Below, in pieces: positions 1 to 8,875 of a stretch of DNA of 58,395 nucleotides (positions are counted from its first letter, which is position 1; each line of letters starts with the position of its first letter). The stretch is from Thermoplasmatota archaeon (GTDB lineage Archaea > Thermoplasmatota > Poseidoniia > Poseidoniales > Thalassarchaeaceae), in the NCBI GenBank assembly GCA_036336595.1, contig JAYZFV010000034.1, positions 1-58,395 of the forward strand, written 5' to 3'. Both the position numbers and the translations under genes were made by a program. The notes beneath the pieces were generated by a model that did not search any database, was not told the DNA's origin, and saw nothing but the letters and a program-made list of their open reading frames with translations.

Positions 1-831
1 GACTGCTTCGAACCAAACATAGACCCTCTTGGAGTTCCACTCGTCGCCGTCAAGTGGCAGGGTGATGCCCCAGTCGATGTCTCTAGTCACCGCTCGGGGG
101 CGTAAACCCATTTCTAGCCAGTTCTTCGTCATAGCCCTAACGTTTGGCTTCCAAACACCCTGCCTCTCAGAGGCATGTGCTTCTAGCGATGCTTGGAACT
201 CATCCAAGAGCAAGAAGTAGTGATCGGTGTCTCTGATTTCGATTTTGGCATCAGGATTCAACTTTGACATTGGATTAACGAGTTCGTGGGCTTCGTAGGT
301 AGCTCCGCAGGAGTCGCACTGATCTCCTCTGGCGCCTTCATCCCCGCATACCGGGCAATCTCCCTCGACATATCGGTCAGGGAGAAACCTTACACTTCCC
401 TCCGATCCAACGGAGCAATACTGCTGCATCGTCTTGCGTTCTAGGAAATTGGCCTCAAGCAGCTTGCTGAAGACCTCCCGCACGATGTCCTTGTGCATCG
501 GGTCGGAAGTCCTGTTGTAGAGTGCTCCGCCGAATTCAATCCCCCGGGGATCCACGGGATTGACCCACGAACACCCTAAATCAGCCAAAGCCTTGGAGTT
601 GACCGAGTGGTAGGTGTCTACTACCTCCTGTGGGAGAATTCCCATCTCCTCGGCAGTAATAGTGATTGGAGTACCGTGCTCGTCCGACCCACTGCACATC
701 AGGACCTTACGTCCGCGAGCTCTTTCGTATCGGTACTGAATGTCTGCGGGGAGGCAGTTGCCAGCGACGTGGCCCAGATGAAGCGGACCGTTTGCATAGG
801 GCCATGCCATGAATATTGATACGTAACTCAT
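1..831 (-). CDS. metG: Methionine--tRNA ligase, N-terminal part (runs off the window start)
   Basis: Not in the ORF track. Manual translation from ATG at 831 gives MSYVSIFMAWPYANGPLHLGHVAGNCLPAD (HIGH-type HLGH), then MCSGSDEHGTP, zinc knuckles (CPVCG..GARGDQCDSCG) and PRAMTRDIDWG. Confidence 0.96.
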   Translation of the reverse strand, partial: MSYVSIFMAWPYANGPLHLGHVAGNCLPADIQYRYERARGRKVLMCSGSDEHGTPITITAEEMGILPQEVVDTYHSVNSKALADLGCSWVNPVDPRGIEFGGALYNRTSDPMHKDIVREVFSKLLEANFLERKTMQQYCSVGSEGSVRFLPDRYVEGDCPVCGDEGARGDQCDSCGATYEAHELVNPMSKLNPDAKIEIRDTDHYFLLLDEFQASLEAHASERQGVWKPNVRAMTKNWLEMGLRPRAVTRDIDWGITLPLDGDEWNSKRVYVWFEAV

Positions 832-980
832 CCCGACAACCACTTTCTCCCCCGTCAAGTTAGATATTTATGTCATGTTCGCCCGGAAGTACATGGAGCC
901 AAGCGCAGTGAATAGCCGTATGGGTACTTTCACGACACCCTATCGGACTCCGAGGGGCATCAGAATTGATTGATTACACG

Positions 981-2024
981 ATGATCGTCGCATACGCAGT
1001 GCTGGCGCTGAGCGCTTCGTTTCTCTGCAGCATTCTAGAAGCTGTTTTACTATCAGCGTCGCACGGACACATCGCTGCTCTCAGAGACACTCATCGTAAA
1101 GTCAGTCAGACTTGGACTGCTTGGAAAGAGGACCCTGAGCGCCCTCTCACAGCCATTCTCACACTCAACACCGCTGCTCATACAATCGGGGCTCTCGGGG
1201 TTGGTGCAGAGGTCGAGAACCAATTCGGTGGTGGGCAGGTCATAATCCTCGCTTCAGCCGTACTCACGTTGGCCATACTGCTGCTCAGCGAGATTCTGCC
1301 CAAGACCATCGGAGCACTCTACTGGCGCAGACTAACGATCCCCTCGTACCACATCCTTAGGGTTATGATGGTGCTCCTATGGGTCATCGTAAAGCCAATC
1401 GAGCTGATTCGCTCCTTGCTGCCTCGCGTAGAATCAGCAACTGTTACGCGCAATGAGCTCTCAGTACTTGCTGACATCGCAGAGGAATCGGATGTAATAG
1501 AGGAAGACGAGGAGACCGTTATTCAAAATCTTCTGAAGCTTAGGGAGATCAAGGTGAGCGCCATAATGACTCCCAGGGTAGTCATGACGACCGTCGCTTC
1601 GACCGAAACCGTCGGTGAGGTTCTGGAGAAGATTCCCATCATGATTCACGGAAGGATGCCCGTTACTGGCGATAGTGTTGACGAAGTTAGGGGGCTCGTT
1701 CTCAGGAGCGAGATTCTTAGGAGGGCTGCAGACGATGACTTCACTAAGACCATGGCTGAAATCTCCAGAGTTGCACAAACCTGCAGTACAGAGGACTCGG
1801 TGGACAGGGCGCTTGACATACTACTGGAGAACAAGGAACAGATATTGGTGGCCAAGGACGAGTTTGGAGGCACTGCAGGACTGGTAACAATGGAGGACAT
1901 TATCGAGACTCTTCTTGGCGTCGAAATCGTGGACGAGTCCGACCAAGACGCAATCGACGATGGGGTCCTTCACGAGGATATGAGGGAACTAGCCAAGATT
2001 CGCTATGACTTTGAAGTCGAGTGA
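981..2024 (+). CDS. CNNM/CorC-family membrane protein (DUF21 plus tandem CBS domains), putative Mg2+/Co2+ efflux
   Basis: SFLCSILEAVLLS, AILTLNT, SEILPKT, IMTPR and DEFGGTAGLVTMEDIIETLLG motifs. ATG at 981; TTG at 966 is an alternative start. Confidence 0.9.
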   Translation: MIVAYAVLALSASFLCSILEAVLLSASHGHIAALRDTHRKVSQTWTAWKEDPERPLTAILTLNTAAHTIGALGVGAEVENQFGGGQVIILASAVLTLAILLLSEILPKTIGALYWRRLTIPSYHILRVMMVLLWVIVKPIELIRSLLPRVESATVTRNELSVLADIAEESDVIEEDEETVIQNLLKLREIKVSAIMTPRVVMTTVASTETVGEVLEKIPIMIHGRMPVTGDSVDEVRGLVLRSEILRRAADDDFTKTMAEISRVAQTCSTEDSVDRALDILLENKEQILVAKDEFGGTAGLVTMEDIIETLLGVEIVDESDQDAIDDGVLHEDMRELAKIRYDFEVE

Positions 2025-2035
2025 GGATGAGAATC

Positions 2036-2854
2036 CTATTCGGTTCCATCGGTAGAGGTGGCCTCACTGGCTTCCTTGTCTTGCAGCCAGCCCCTCTCTG
2101 CAGAGTAGTCACCCAGTTGCTCCAGCCTTTTCAGCCACCCCTTGGCTTCGGCAGTCTTGGTAGTCCTCACCAACCAGACACCGCCAAAGAGCGTATCCCA
2201 TAGCCCCATGTTATCCCTCTTGAAACGGTAGAATAGGTAGTCCACCATTGATGGAAAAAGAAGGGCCAGTCCTATACCGAGAAGAACCTGCCCGCTGGTT
2301 TCCCCGATGTCCTGAATGGAAGTGGCAACCATAAGGACGCCCACCAACACGACAACGAATGTCAGGCCCTTAATCAGTAGATAGTAGGGATTGGGCGCGA
2401 TACCTTTGGAATTGACATAAGCCGTCCTGCTGATCCAGTTTCCCACAGTCCTGCCCGTAGAGCGGGGCATGAAACCCAAGTTGAACAACATCAAGAGCAA
2501 GCCTAGGATAATGAAATAGGTGAAGTCTGCATAGACTCCCCAAGCGTTGATTGCAAGAATTGGGATACACCACCCATAAGAAACTGCGAAGTCCGAGCCT
2601 CTACGGATGAGGCGCTGACCACTGGTTACCTCTTCGAACCCATCTGGTAGCGTTTTGACCTCCCTGGCTCTCCTCGCCCTTGGGGTGCGGGCCTTCCTCT
2701 CACGTCTTCGAGACCTCGGCTTCTTCTTGGGGGCCTCATGCACTGGCTCGGGTTCAAGGACCGTGGTTGGAGGGGGCGTGGGGGCAGCTGGTGGTGCCTC
2801 CTGGACGCCTTCTCCAGATCGAATCTTGTCAGCCTTCTCCAGCAAGCCCATCAA
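2036..2854 (-). CDS. Membrane protein, RDD-like, with Pro-rich and basic N-terminus
   Basis: About 4 hydrophobic segments, with RLIRRGSD, TGRTVG and LWDTLFG resembling RDD-family motifs. Abuts the upstream gene's stop codon. Confidence 0.55.
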   Translation of the reverse strand: MMGLLEKADKIRSGEGVQEAPPAAPTPPPTTVLEPEPVHEAPKKKPRSRRRERKARTPRARRAREVKTLPDGFEEVTSGQRLIRRGSDFAVSYGWCIPILAINAWGVYADFTYFIILGLLLMLFNLGFMPRSTGRTVGNWISRTAYVNSKGIAPNPYYLLIKGLTFVVVLVGVLMVATSIQDIGETSGQVLLGIGLALLFPSMVDYLFYRFKRDNMGLWDTLFGGVWLVRTTKTAEAKGWLKRLEQLGDYSAERGWLQDKEASEATSTDGTE

Positions 2855-3841
2855 TCAACCCCCATACCTTTCCGCCACTCGTTTGTACAGTTCGAAATCG
2901 GGTGATTCTACGAAGTTGTGCATGACGGTGTCGGGCAGGTCGCCAAGGAGGTCGTTAATCATCCCGAAGAAACGAACGCGGGAATCGTCATCCGTATGCT
3001 GTGGATCCCTACCCACCTGCTGGAATAGAACAAATGACTCTGACTCGATGAAACTGTTCGTGAACTCATCCGGCATCTCACCTAAGAGGCTGTTAATGAC
3101 GACGAAAAATCGATAGAATTCCTCATCAGCGGTTCTGAAGCTCTGAATCGCGACGACGAACTCGTCGAAGTCGAGCGTTCCAGAGTCATCGAGGTCGGCC
3201 TTGTCGAAAAAAGACTTGAGGGAATTGAGGTCTAGATTGGACAGAGTCTCGCTGGAAATGCCTGTGGCGTCGGAGACTCTGACAACGAAATCCTCGTCAT
3301 CCATGGCCTCTAGGAATTCAGAAAAAGACATCTCGGTGCCCTCTTCGGGTACGGAGATCAACTCAACCGTCGGCTTGATAGAGCGAAGATCGTGCTGCTC
3401 CTTCTTCCTCAGGATGATGATCTCCCGGTCTAGCTCGGAGCCGAATCGGTCAGAGAACCTATCCATCAGGCTGCCCGACTTACCCGAAGCAATCCGATCT
3501 ATTTGCCCGTATATGCCGTCCCTTGACGCAGTGCCGATTCTGGGGTCGGAAGTCTTCCTATTTTCCCAGACAGACTTGAAGTCCGAGGCTGAAGCCTGCT
3601 GATTGGGTATCGGAGGGTCGCCCAAGGAATTGGCTGCATCTAGGAGATCCGCATCACCGCTCAACTCCTGTGGGAAGCCAAACTTGGGGGGTGGGGGGTG
3701 TAGGGGGGAATCGAGCGGCGGAGGCGGCATCACCAATCCAGGGGGCGGTGGCGGCAATGCGAAATCGTCACCATCGGAGTCGGATTCAATGCTGTCTAGA
3801 GCATCAACCATGCCATGCTTCCGGAGTCCTCCACTATTCAA
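2855..3841 (-). CDS. Hypothetical EF-hand protein with polyproline N-terminus and tandem C-terminal repeat
   Basis: Canonical EF-hand loop DLDDSGTLDFDE, PPPPP tracts, and two copies of FF..IN.LLG..PD....F.ES..F.L. The start may be the ATG about 30 nt downstream. Confidence 0.7.
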   Translation of the reverse strand: MNSGGLRKHGMVDALDSIESDSDGDDFALPPPPPGLVMPPPPLDSPLHPPPPKFGFPQELSGDADLLDAANSLGDPPIPNQQASASDFKSVWENRKTSDPRIGTASRDGIYGQIDRIASGKSGSLMDRFSDRFGSELDREIIILRKKEQHDLRSIKPTVELISVPEEGTEMSFSEFLEAMDDEDFVVRVSDATGISSETLSNLDLNSLKSFFDKADLDDSGTLDFDEFVVAIQSFRTADEEFYRFFVVINSLLGEMPDEFTNSFIESESFVLFQQVGRDPQHTDDDSRVRFFGMINDLLGDLPDTVMHNFVESPDFELYKRVAERYGG

Positions 3842-3873
3842 TATTCTGTGGTTGCGGGAACGCCGAGCATCGA

Positions 3874-5085
3874 TTATTGCTGCGTTACTTCTGCCCAGCC
3901 CTTCAGTGAAAGGAATGTGGCCATGGCCTCGCTCACCTCAAAGAGGTCCCCCGCGTTGCCCTCGATCCTCTCCCCTGCTACTTCTGCAGTGGCATCGTCG
4001 ATGAGTATCCTGACCGTCATTTGATTTTGCTGACTGAAAACCACGGACTCATTCATGGGATCGAACCTGTTGCTTGTGCTGGGATCCAGCCTATGCAAAG
4101 GAAACTCCGTGACCCTGAGGCCGGACTTTCCATGTAGGCTGCCCACCCATCGAATAACTCTCTTAGTGTCAACCGTGACCGCCTCGTCTGTCTCACCAGC
4201 ACTTCCCATGACTACTGAGGCATCACCCTTGACCAGCTCCCAGAATATTGGAGTGCACGTCTCGCCGAAAACCAACAGTGCCCTATCATCCCGCAGGCGA
4301 CTGACTCGTTCCGGTGACTCAGCCAGTTCGGCGAGCTCCAATATCCTCGCCTTGCCGGAAGATCTAATCTGGCTTCGCGGTAATCTGGCCCTTGTCTTAA
4401 GTATCTCATGGAGCCTCTCGAGGATGATTTTCCTATCCGGTCCCTTCTCTGAGATGACTCTGAGCTGTCCCAACACGGAATCCATACCCAATCTGGCCCT
4501 ATTTCCCCAACTCACGTCTGGTCCTTCCAGAGCAGATTGGACGTCGATCCCCTCCCCTCGGATGTAATTCACAATCTCCCTCCTTGCGTTGGAATCGAGG
4601 TGAAGCAGATTCGGATCCCTCACGTGAATGTGAAATCCCCGGTGTCCGGAGAATGTAGTTTGGACGTATTCCTCCCTGAATCCGAACTCTGGGTGCAGAA
4701 ATTCTGACCATAGCCTCCAGGCCTGATGCTGAATGGTATCAATCATGGCGGGAAAATCAGTATCCGACACACCCGGAAGGTGATCCCCATCGAGATCGAA
4801 GATGAGATCGGCCCCCAGCCAGCCCTTCTCCGACATCTTCCTGTTCGAAGGTCGCTGGTAGTAGGCTGTGCTGTGGAAGCAAGAGTGTGGGGCACGATTC
4901 TGGAGGTAGTGAAGCAGCTCGGTTTTGCTTTGAAAAGCTCTGTGCCTATCTGGAGGGGCCCCGCCCCAGGGAACGAACATCCACTCCCTGGATTTCAGTC
5001 TAGGTGGGGTCCAGAGCGAAGCAGAATCGAGCGAACCGTAGTACTCAGAGAAACGCAACGCGAAGCGGCTCCAACCACCTGCCAT
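3874..5085 (-). CDS. priS: DNA primase small (catalytic) subunit
   Basis: REW, STAYY..P, GADLIFDLD, FSGHRGFH and DEAVTVDTKRVIR..GSLHGK AEP motifs. Confidence 0.95.
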   Translation of the reverse strand: MAGGWSRFALRFSEYYGSLDSASLWTPPRLKSREWMFVPWGGAPPDRHRAFQSKTELLHYLQNRAPHSCFHSTAYYQRPSNRKMSEKGWLGADLIFDLDGDHLPGVSDTDFPAMIDTIQHQAWRLWSEFLHPEFGFREEYVQTTFSGHRGFHIHVRDPNLLHLDSNARREIVNYIRGEGIDVQSALEGPDVSWGNRARLGMDSVLGQLRVISEKGPDRKIILERLHEILKTRARLPRSQIRSSGKARILELAELAESPERVSRLRDDRALLVFGETCTPIFWELVKGDASVVMGSAGETDEAVTVDTKRVIRWVGSLHGKSGLRVTEFPLHRLDPSTSNRFDPMNESVVFSQQNQMTVRILIDDATAEVAGERIEGNAGDLFEVSEAMATFLSLKGWAEVTQQ

Positions 5086-5121
5086 GGATTAGCAAGAGTC
5101 GGGTGGGACATAAGTTTTCAA

Positions 5122-5358
5122 TCAGCCCAGTTGGAGTCCCGTGACTGATTTTCCCTCAGTCGCTGATCCTGCTCCCGTAGCCTCGACATAGGCCTCCCAG
5201 CAGACATACTCGTTGTCCATTACGATTGCCTCGGCGAAAGTTAGGGCCTGTCCAGTGATAGCGCAAACCGGTCCAAGTTGTCCCGATGCAGTGGACAACT
5301 TGCTTGGATCAGGCATGGCATGGCCTGCTACGCTTGATTCTTCATCCTTGCGAACCAA
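5122..5358 (-). CDS. Small hypothetical protein
   Basis: 78-aa ORF filling the gap upstream of priS on the same strand, with CAITG...VCWEAY. The true start may be the internal ATG (MPDPSK). Confidence 0.55.
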   Translation of the reverse strand: MVRKDEESSVAGHAMPDPSKLSTASGQLGPVCAITGQALTFAEAIVMDNEYVCWEAYVEATGAGSATEGKSVTGLQLG

Positions 5359-5404
5359 GTTTCTCCATGCAAACTCATTTCAACTCGATGGCCGGCGAGG
5401 AGCC

Positions 5405-6265
5405 GTGTCAGTCGAACCATTGCTAGTTAGAATCGGGCATTCACCTGACCCTGATGACGCGTTCATGTTCTTTGCACTGACTTCAGGGGCAATAGAGACT
5501 CCAGGACGTGTGTACGAACATTCCCTCGTCGATATCGACACTCTGAATCGAGAGGCCTTGAAGAGCACCTACGAGGTCTCCGCAGTTAGCATTCGCTCGT
5601 TTCCGGATATCTCAGAGGAATACGCCCTGATGAACTGCGGCGCCTCCATGGGCGAGGGATATGGGCCGATGGTCATCTCCAATAATCCAATGACTGAGCA
5701 AGAGGCCAGTGAGAGGACAATTGCAATCCCCGGCTTTAGCACCAGTGCCTTCCTCGCACTGAGGCTGGCACTAGGAGAGGTGAGTGTAGTCGAAGTCCCC
5801 TTCGACGAGATTCTACCGGGTGTGGTCTGTGGGAAGTACGACGTCGGTGTGATCATCCATGAGGGGCAGCTGACGTGGAAGGATGATGGCGTGCATCTCC
5901 TTCTAGACCTCGGTATGTGGTGGAACCAAACAACGGGGCTGCCTTTGCCGCTTGGAGGGAACGTCGTCAGAAAGGACCTGGGCGATAAAGTCTGTAGGGA
6001 AATCACGAGGGATGTCAGAGCGAGCATTAAACACGGCCTGGATAACCCAACGAGGGCTCTTGAGTTCGCACGTCAGTGGGGCAGGGGAATCGATGAAAGC
6101 ACCAACAAGGAGTTCGTATCGATGTATGTGAACGAGCGTTCTCTCGATTATGGCCATGAGGGCCGCGAGGCGATCAGACTATTCTTGGAGAGGGGACAAG
6201 AAATCGGCCTAGTTAGGGAAGACATTGTTGTTCGGGAAATTCAATTCATAGGGTACGATGATTAG
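5405..6265 (+). CDS. mqnD: 1,4-dihydroxy-6-naphthoate synthase (futalosine pathway)
   Basis: GHSPDPDDAFMF, DIDTLN, GASMGEGYGP, IIHEGQLT, LPLPLG and MYVN motifs. GTG at 5405 chosen as start. Confidence 0.92.
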   Translation: MSVEPLLVRIGHSPDPDDAFMFFALTSGAIETPGRVYEHSLVDIDTLNREALKSTYEVSAVSIRSFPDISEEYALMNCGASMGEGYGPMVISNNPMTEQEASERTIAIPGFSTSAFLALRLALGEVSVVEVPFDEILPGVVCGKYDVGVIIHEGQLTWKDDGVHLLLDLGMWWNQTTGLPLPLGGNVVRKDLGDKVCREITRDVRASIKHGLDNPTRALEFARQWGRGIDESTNKEFVSMYVNERSLDYGHEGREAIRLFLERGQEIGLVREDIVVREIQFIGYDD

Positions 6266-6740
6266 TATGGGAGGCAGGAAACCGGATATCAGTGAGTTCG
6301 ACTCAGTCGACCCCGCCCCCCCCAGTGGGGAGGTTAGTATTTCCTCCTTGAGGGAGATCCTGTGCGATGAGGAAGGGCGAATGTTCCTGAGAATGAGGGC
6401 CCTTTTCGCTTTGAGGAACATCGGTGGACAGGATGCCATCGACTCTTTGGCGGCTGCTTTCAATTCCGCCTCTGCCCTACTCAAGCACGAAGTCGCCTAC
6501 GTCATGGGTCAGATGCAAGATGGTCATGCAGTGCATCACCTGATAGAGCGACTAGAGGACAAGGACGAGGATGTAATGGTCAGGCATGAGGCGGCAGAAG
6601 CCCTAGGTGCGATAGGGGACATGACTGCTTTGGCTACACTGGAGAGGTTCAAGGAGGACCCAGAGGAAGTTGTGGCTGATTCCTGCGAAGTTGCCATCGA
6701 CCTCCTCGAGTGGATATCGAGCGAACGTCTCGACTACTAG
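6258..6740 (+). CDS. Half-length deoxyhypusine hydroxylase (DOHH)-like HEAT-repeat protein
   Basis: SVDPAPP, RALFALRN, SALLKHEVAYVMGQMQD, MVRHEAAEALGAIG and VVADSCEVAID match one half of eukaryotic DOHH. The two HE motifs are 33 aa apart. Confidence 0.85.
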   Translation: MISMGGRKPDISEFDSVDPAPPSGEVSISSLREILCDEEGRMFLRMRALFALRNIGGQDAIDSLAAAFNSASALLKHEVAYVMGQMQDGHAVHHLIERLEDKDEDVMVRHEAAEALGAIGDMTALATLERFKEDPEEVVADSCEVAIDLLEWISSERLDY

Positions 6741-6742
6741 GG

Positions 6743-7540
6743 CTAGTCAAAGTTGAACCACGTTGGTCCTTCTTCCAAACCACATACTTCCCTAAGAAAG
6801 TACGACAAGCCCGAGATGCTTCTGCTATCTAGAACGTTGCTGACCTCACGCTCGAAGTAGGATTCCATCCTTTCACTGGTAAAACCGAGCCTCGCGGCTG
6901 CTGCGCCGATGACCGCGGCCCTGACTTTGGAGTCGCTCTCGAAAAGGGAGTATTGTTCCACCATGTCATCATGTGCCTCCCGCACAAGTTCGATAGGTGA
7001 GTCCCTCCTAGCAGCGAAAACTCCGAACACCATGGGCAATCCGGTCCGGTTGGTCCACTCTGCGCCTAGATCTAGTTGCACCAAACCAGGATCATGGCGA
7101 GCGGCAGAAAGGGCTCGGTCACCAATGAGCAAAGCCCCGTCGCAATCCCTCAGCATCGTCTCTATGTCAGGTCCCATCTCCACCAATTTGGGATCCAGAG
7201 TATACCCTTCGAGGAGCCATTTGAGCAGGGATTGAGAGGTTGAGGAGTCAGATGGTAGTGCGATATCCCTCATTGATTCGATCGGCCTGTTGCCGAAGAG
7301 AAGGACAGAGCCGACGTTCCCTTTGCTGACGATGCCGAGATCGGGTATCAGGTGCATCTCATCGGCGTGCAATGCGTAGTCTGCAGTAGGAATGGGGGCT
7401 GTCAGGCAGTCCCTCCTAAGGAGATGGCCGGTTAGCCACGCGGGGGGGGCAGGGAGTACCTCCCATCGACCGCCTAGGGATGAGAAGACGGGGTCGCAAT
7501 TGACGAATGCGACCCGACCTAGAACACGCCTCCACGACAT
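6743..7540 (-). CDS. mqnA: Chorismate dehydratase (futalosine pathway)
   Basis: GRVAFVNCDPV, GNVGSVLLF, SSTS, ALLIGDRAL and DLGAEW..RTGLPMVFGVF motifs. Directly follows mqnE. Confidence 0.9.
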   Translation of the reverse strand: MSWRRVLGRVAFVNCDPVFSSLGGRWEVLPAPPAWLTGHLLRRDCLTAPIPTADYALHADEMHLIPDLGIVSKGNVGSVLLFGNRPIESMRDIALPSDSSTSQSLLKWLLEGYTLDPKLVEMGPDIETMLRDCDGALLIGDRALSAARHDPGLVQLDLGAEWTNRTGLPMVFGVFAARRDSPIELVREAHDDMVEQYSLFESDSKVRAAVIGAAAARLGFTSERMESYFEREVSNVLDSRSISGLSYFLREVCGLEEGPTWFNFD

Positions 7541-7546
7541 GGAGCA

Positions 7547-8695
7547 CTACACCTGGTCGGCAATCGGAAGGGGCAGGTTGGATCGATTCATGGCATCGAA
7601 GAACTCGAGGGATGTATACGTCGAGTTTCTCTTAATCGGGACTAGGCCCGATGCAAGCACTAACTGAGCGATCTCCTCCCTGCTGTAATCCAACCTAGTC
7701 GTACTACCCGCCTCATGCATAATCTCCTCATGTCCCACTGTTCCATCAATGTCGTCAGCACCAGAGTTGATTGCAATAGAAGCCACGTGGTCACCTATGT
7801 TCATTCTGTAAGCTTTGATGTGTGGTATGTTGTCCAAGAGTATCCTAGATGTTGCAATCACCCTTATGACCTCGTTTGCCGAAGCCAGTTGGGCTTCAGG
7901 AAGGCGTGTTTTGTCGGGAAGATATGGGTACGGTACGAAACACTGGAAACCGCCGGAGCCATCCTGTTGCACCCTCAAACGATCGAGGTGGATAATGCGG
8001 TCCTCGACGGTTTCTATGGTGCCGAAAAGCATGGTGCAGTTTGTTGGTATTCCTATTGAATGAGCGGTTCCGTGAATTTCCAGATACTCCTTCGAAAGTT
8101 CCTTTCCACGGCAGATTCGGTCTCTGACCGAGTCTACCAAGATCTCAGCGCCTCCCCCGGGCAATGAGTCCAACCCTGCGTCTTTCAGAAGTTCCAAAGT
8201 CTTCCTGATGGGCAACCCGGATCTCTTAGAGATGTGCTTGATCTCAACAGAAGTGAGTGACTTGATGTGAATTTCTGGAAACCGCGCCTTGATTGATTGG
8301 AATAGATTGGCGTAGTGCTCTACTGTCCACTGAGGATGCAGCCCACCGACAGCGTGTACCTCATCTATGGAGTTGCCGTAAGGCTCGATGCGGGAAACGA
8401 ATTCTTCTGGTGAGAGAGCATAGGATTCGCTATGTCGAGGGCCCTTTCTAAACGCGCAGAACCTACAGGCCAACGTGCAGATATTCGTGGTGTTCACATG
8501 GAGATTGTCATTGAAGAATACATGATCGCCGAACCTAGATCGCTTAATCATATCAGCTAGTGCACAGAGTCCCGCAAGCGAGTTGTGAGTGTGCAGAAAT
8601 ATGCCCTCTTCTACTGTAATTCTATGACCATCAATAACTCTCCTCAGTATCCCACTGAGTAGCGAGTCACGTTGAACGGCGATGGGTGGCACCAT
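7547..8695 (-). CDS. mqnE: Aminodeoxyfutalosine synthase (radical SAM, CofH/MqnE family)
   Basis: CTLACRFC, NLHVNTTNIC, EVHAVGGLHP, SLPGGGAEI, TNCTMLFG, LDNIPHIKAY and GADDIDGT favour MqnE over MqnC. Start is ATG 8695 or 8749. Confidence 0.82.
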   Translation of the reverse strand: MVPPIAVQRDSLLSGILRRVIDGHRITVEEGIFLHTHNSLAGLCALADMIKRSRFGDHVFFNDNLHVNTTNICTLACRFCAFRKGPRHSESYALSPEEFVSRIEPYGNSIDEVHAVGGLHPQWTVEHYANLFQSIKARFPEIHIKSLTSVEIKHISKRSGLPIRKTLELLKDAGLDSLPGGGAEILVDSVRDRICRGKELSKEYLEIHGTAHSIGIPTNCTMLFGTIETVEDRIIHLDRLRVQQDGSGGFQCFVPYPYLPDKTRLPEAQLASANEVIRVIATSRILLDNIPHIKAYRMNIGDHVASIAINSGADDIDGTVGHEEIMHEAGSTTRLDYSREEIAQLVLASGLVPIKRNSTYTSLEFFDAMNRSNLPLPIADQV

Positions 8696-8875
8696 CTTGG
8701 AAAGCCTCAGGTTCCAGCCCGAATTCGTGTGTGACTGGGGGTCGAACATCGAGTTTCGGTGGAACGAGCGGTCAATAGGATTTGAACCCACGTTAGACAG
8801 AGGTATCGCTATGTAGGGCAGTTGAAAAATATCAATAGCCCGCGTTGTATCATCGAGCATAGAGGAGAATCGCCG

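Noticed and set aside
7547-8695. Alternative call as CofH (F420 synthesis) or MqnC
   Set aside because: Coupling to mqnA and the HVNTTN, VGGLHP and HIKAY motifs fit MqnE better, and no cofG is nearby.
8767-8843. tRNA-like T-arm on the minus strand (GTGGGTTCAAATCCTAT followed by TGACCGCT)
   Set aside because: The putative acceptor stem has two mismatches, there is no D-loop GG, and no convincing anticodon arm. There is no adjacent integrase to suggest an att site. It is probably chance; tRNAscan-SE or ARAGORN would settle it.
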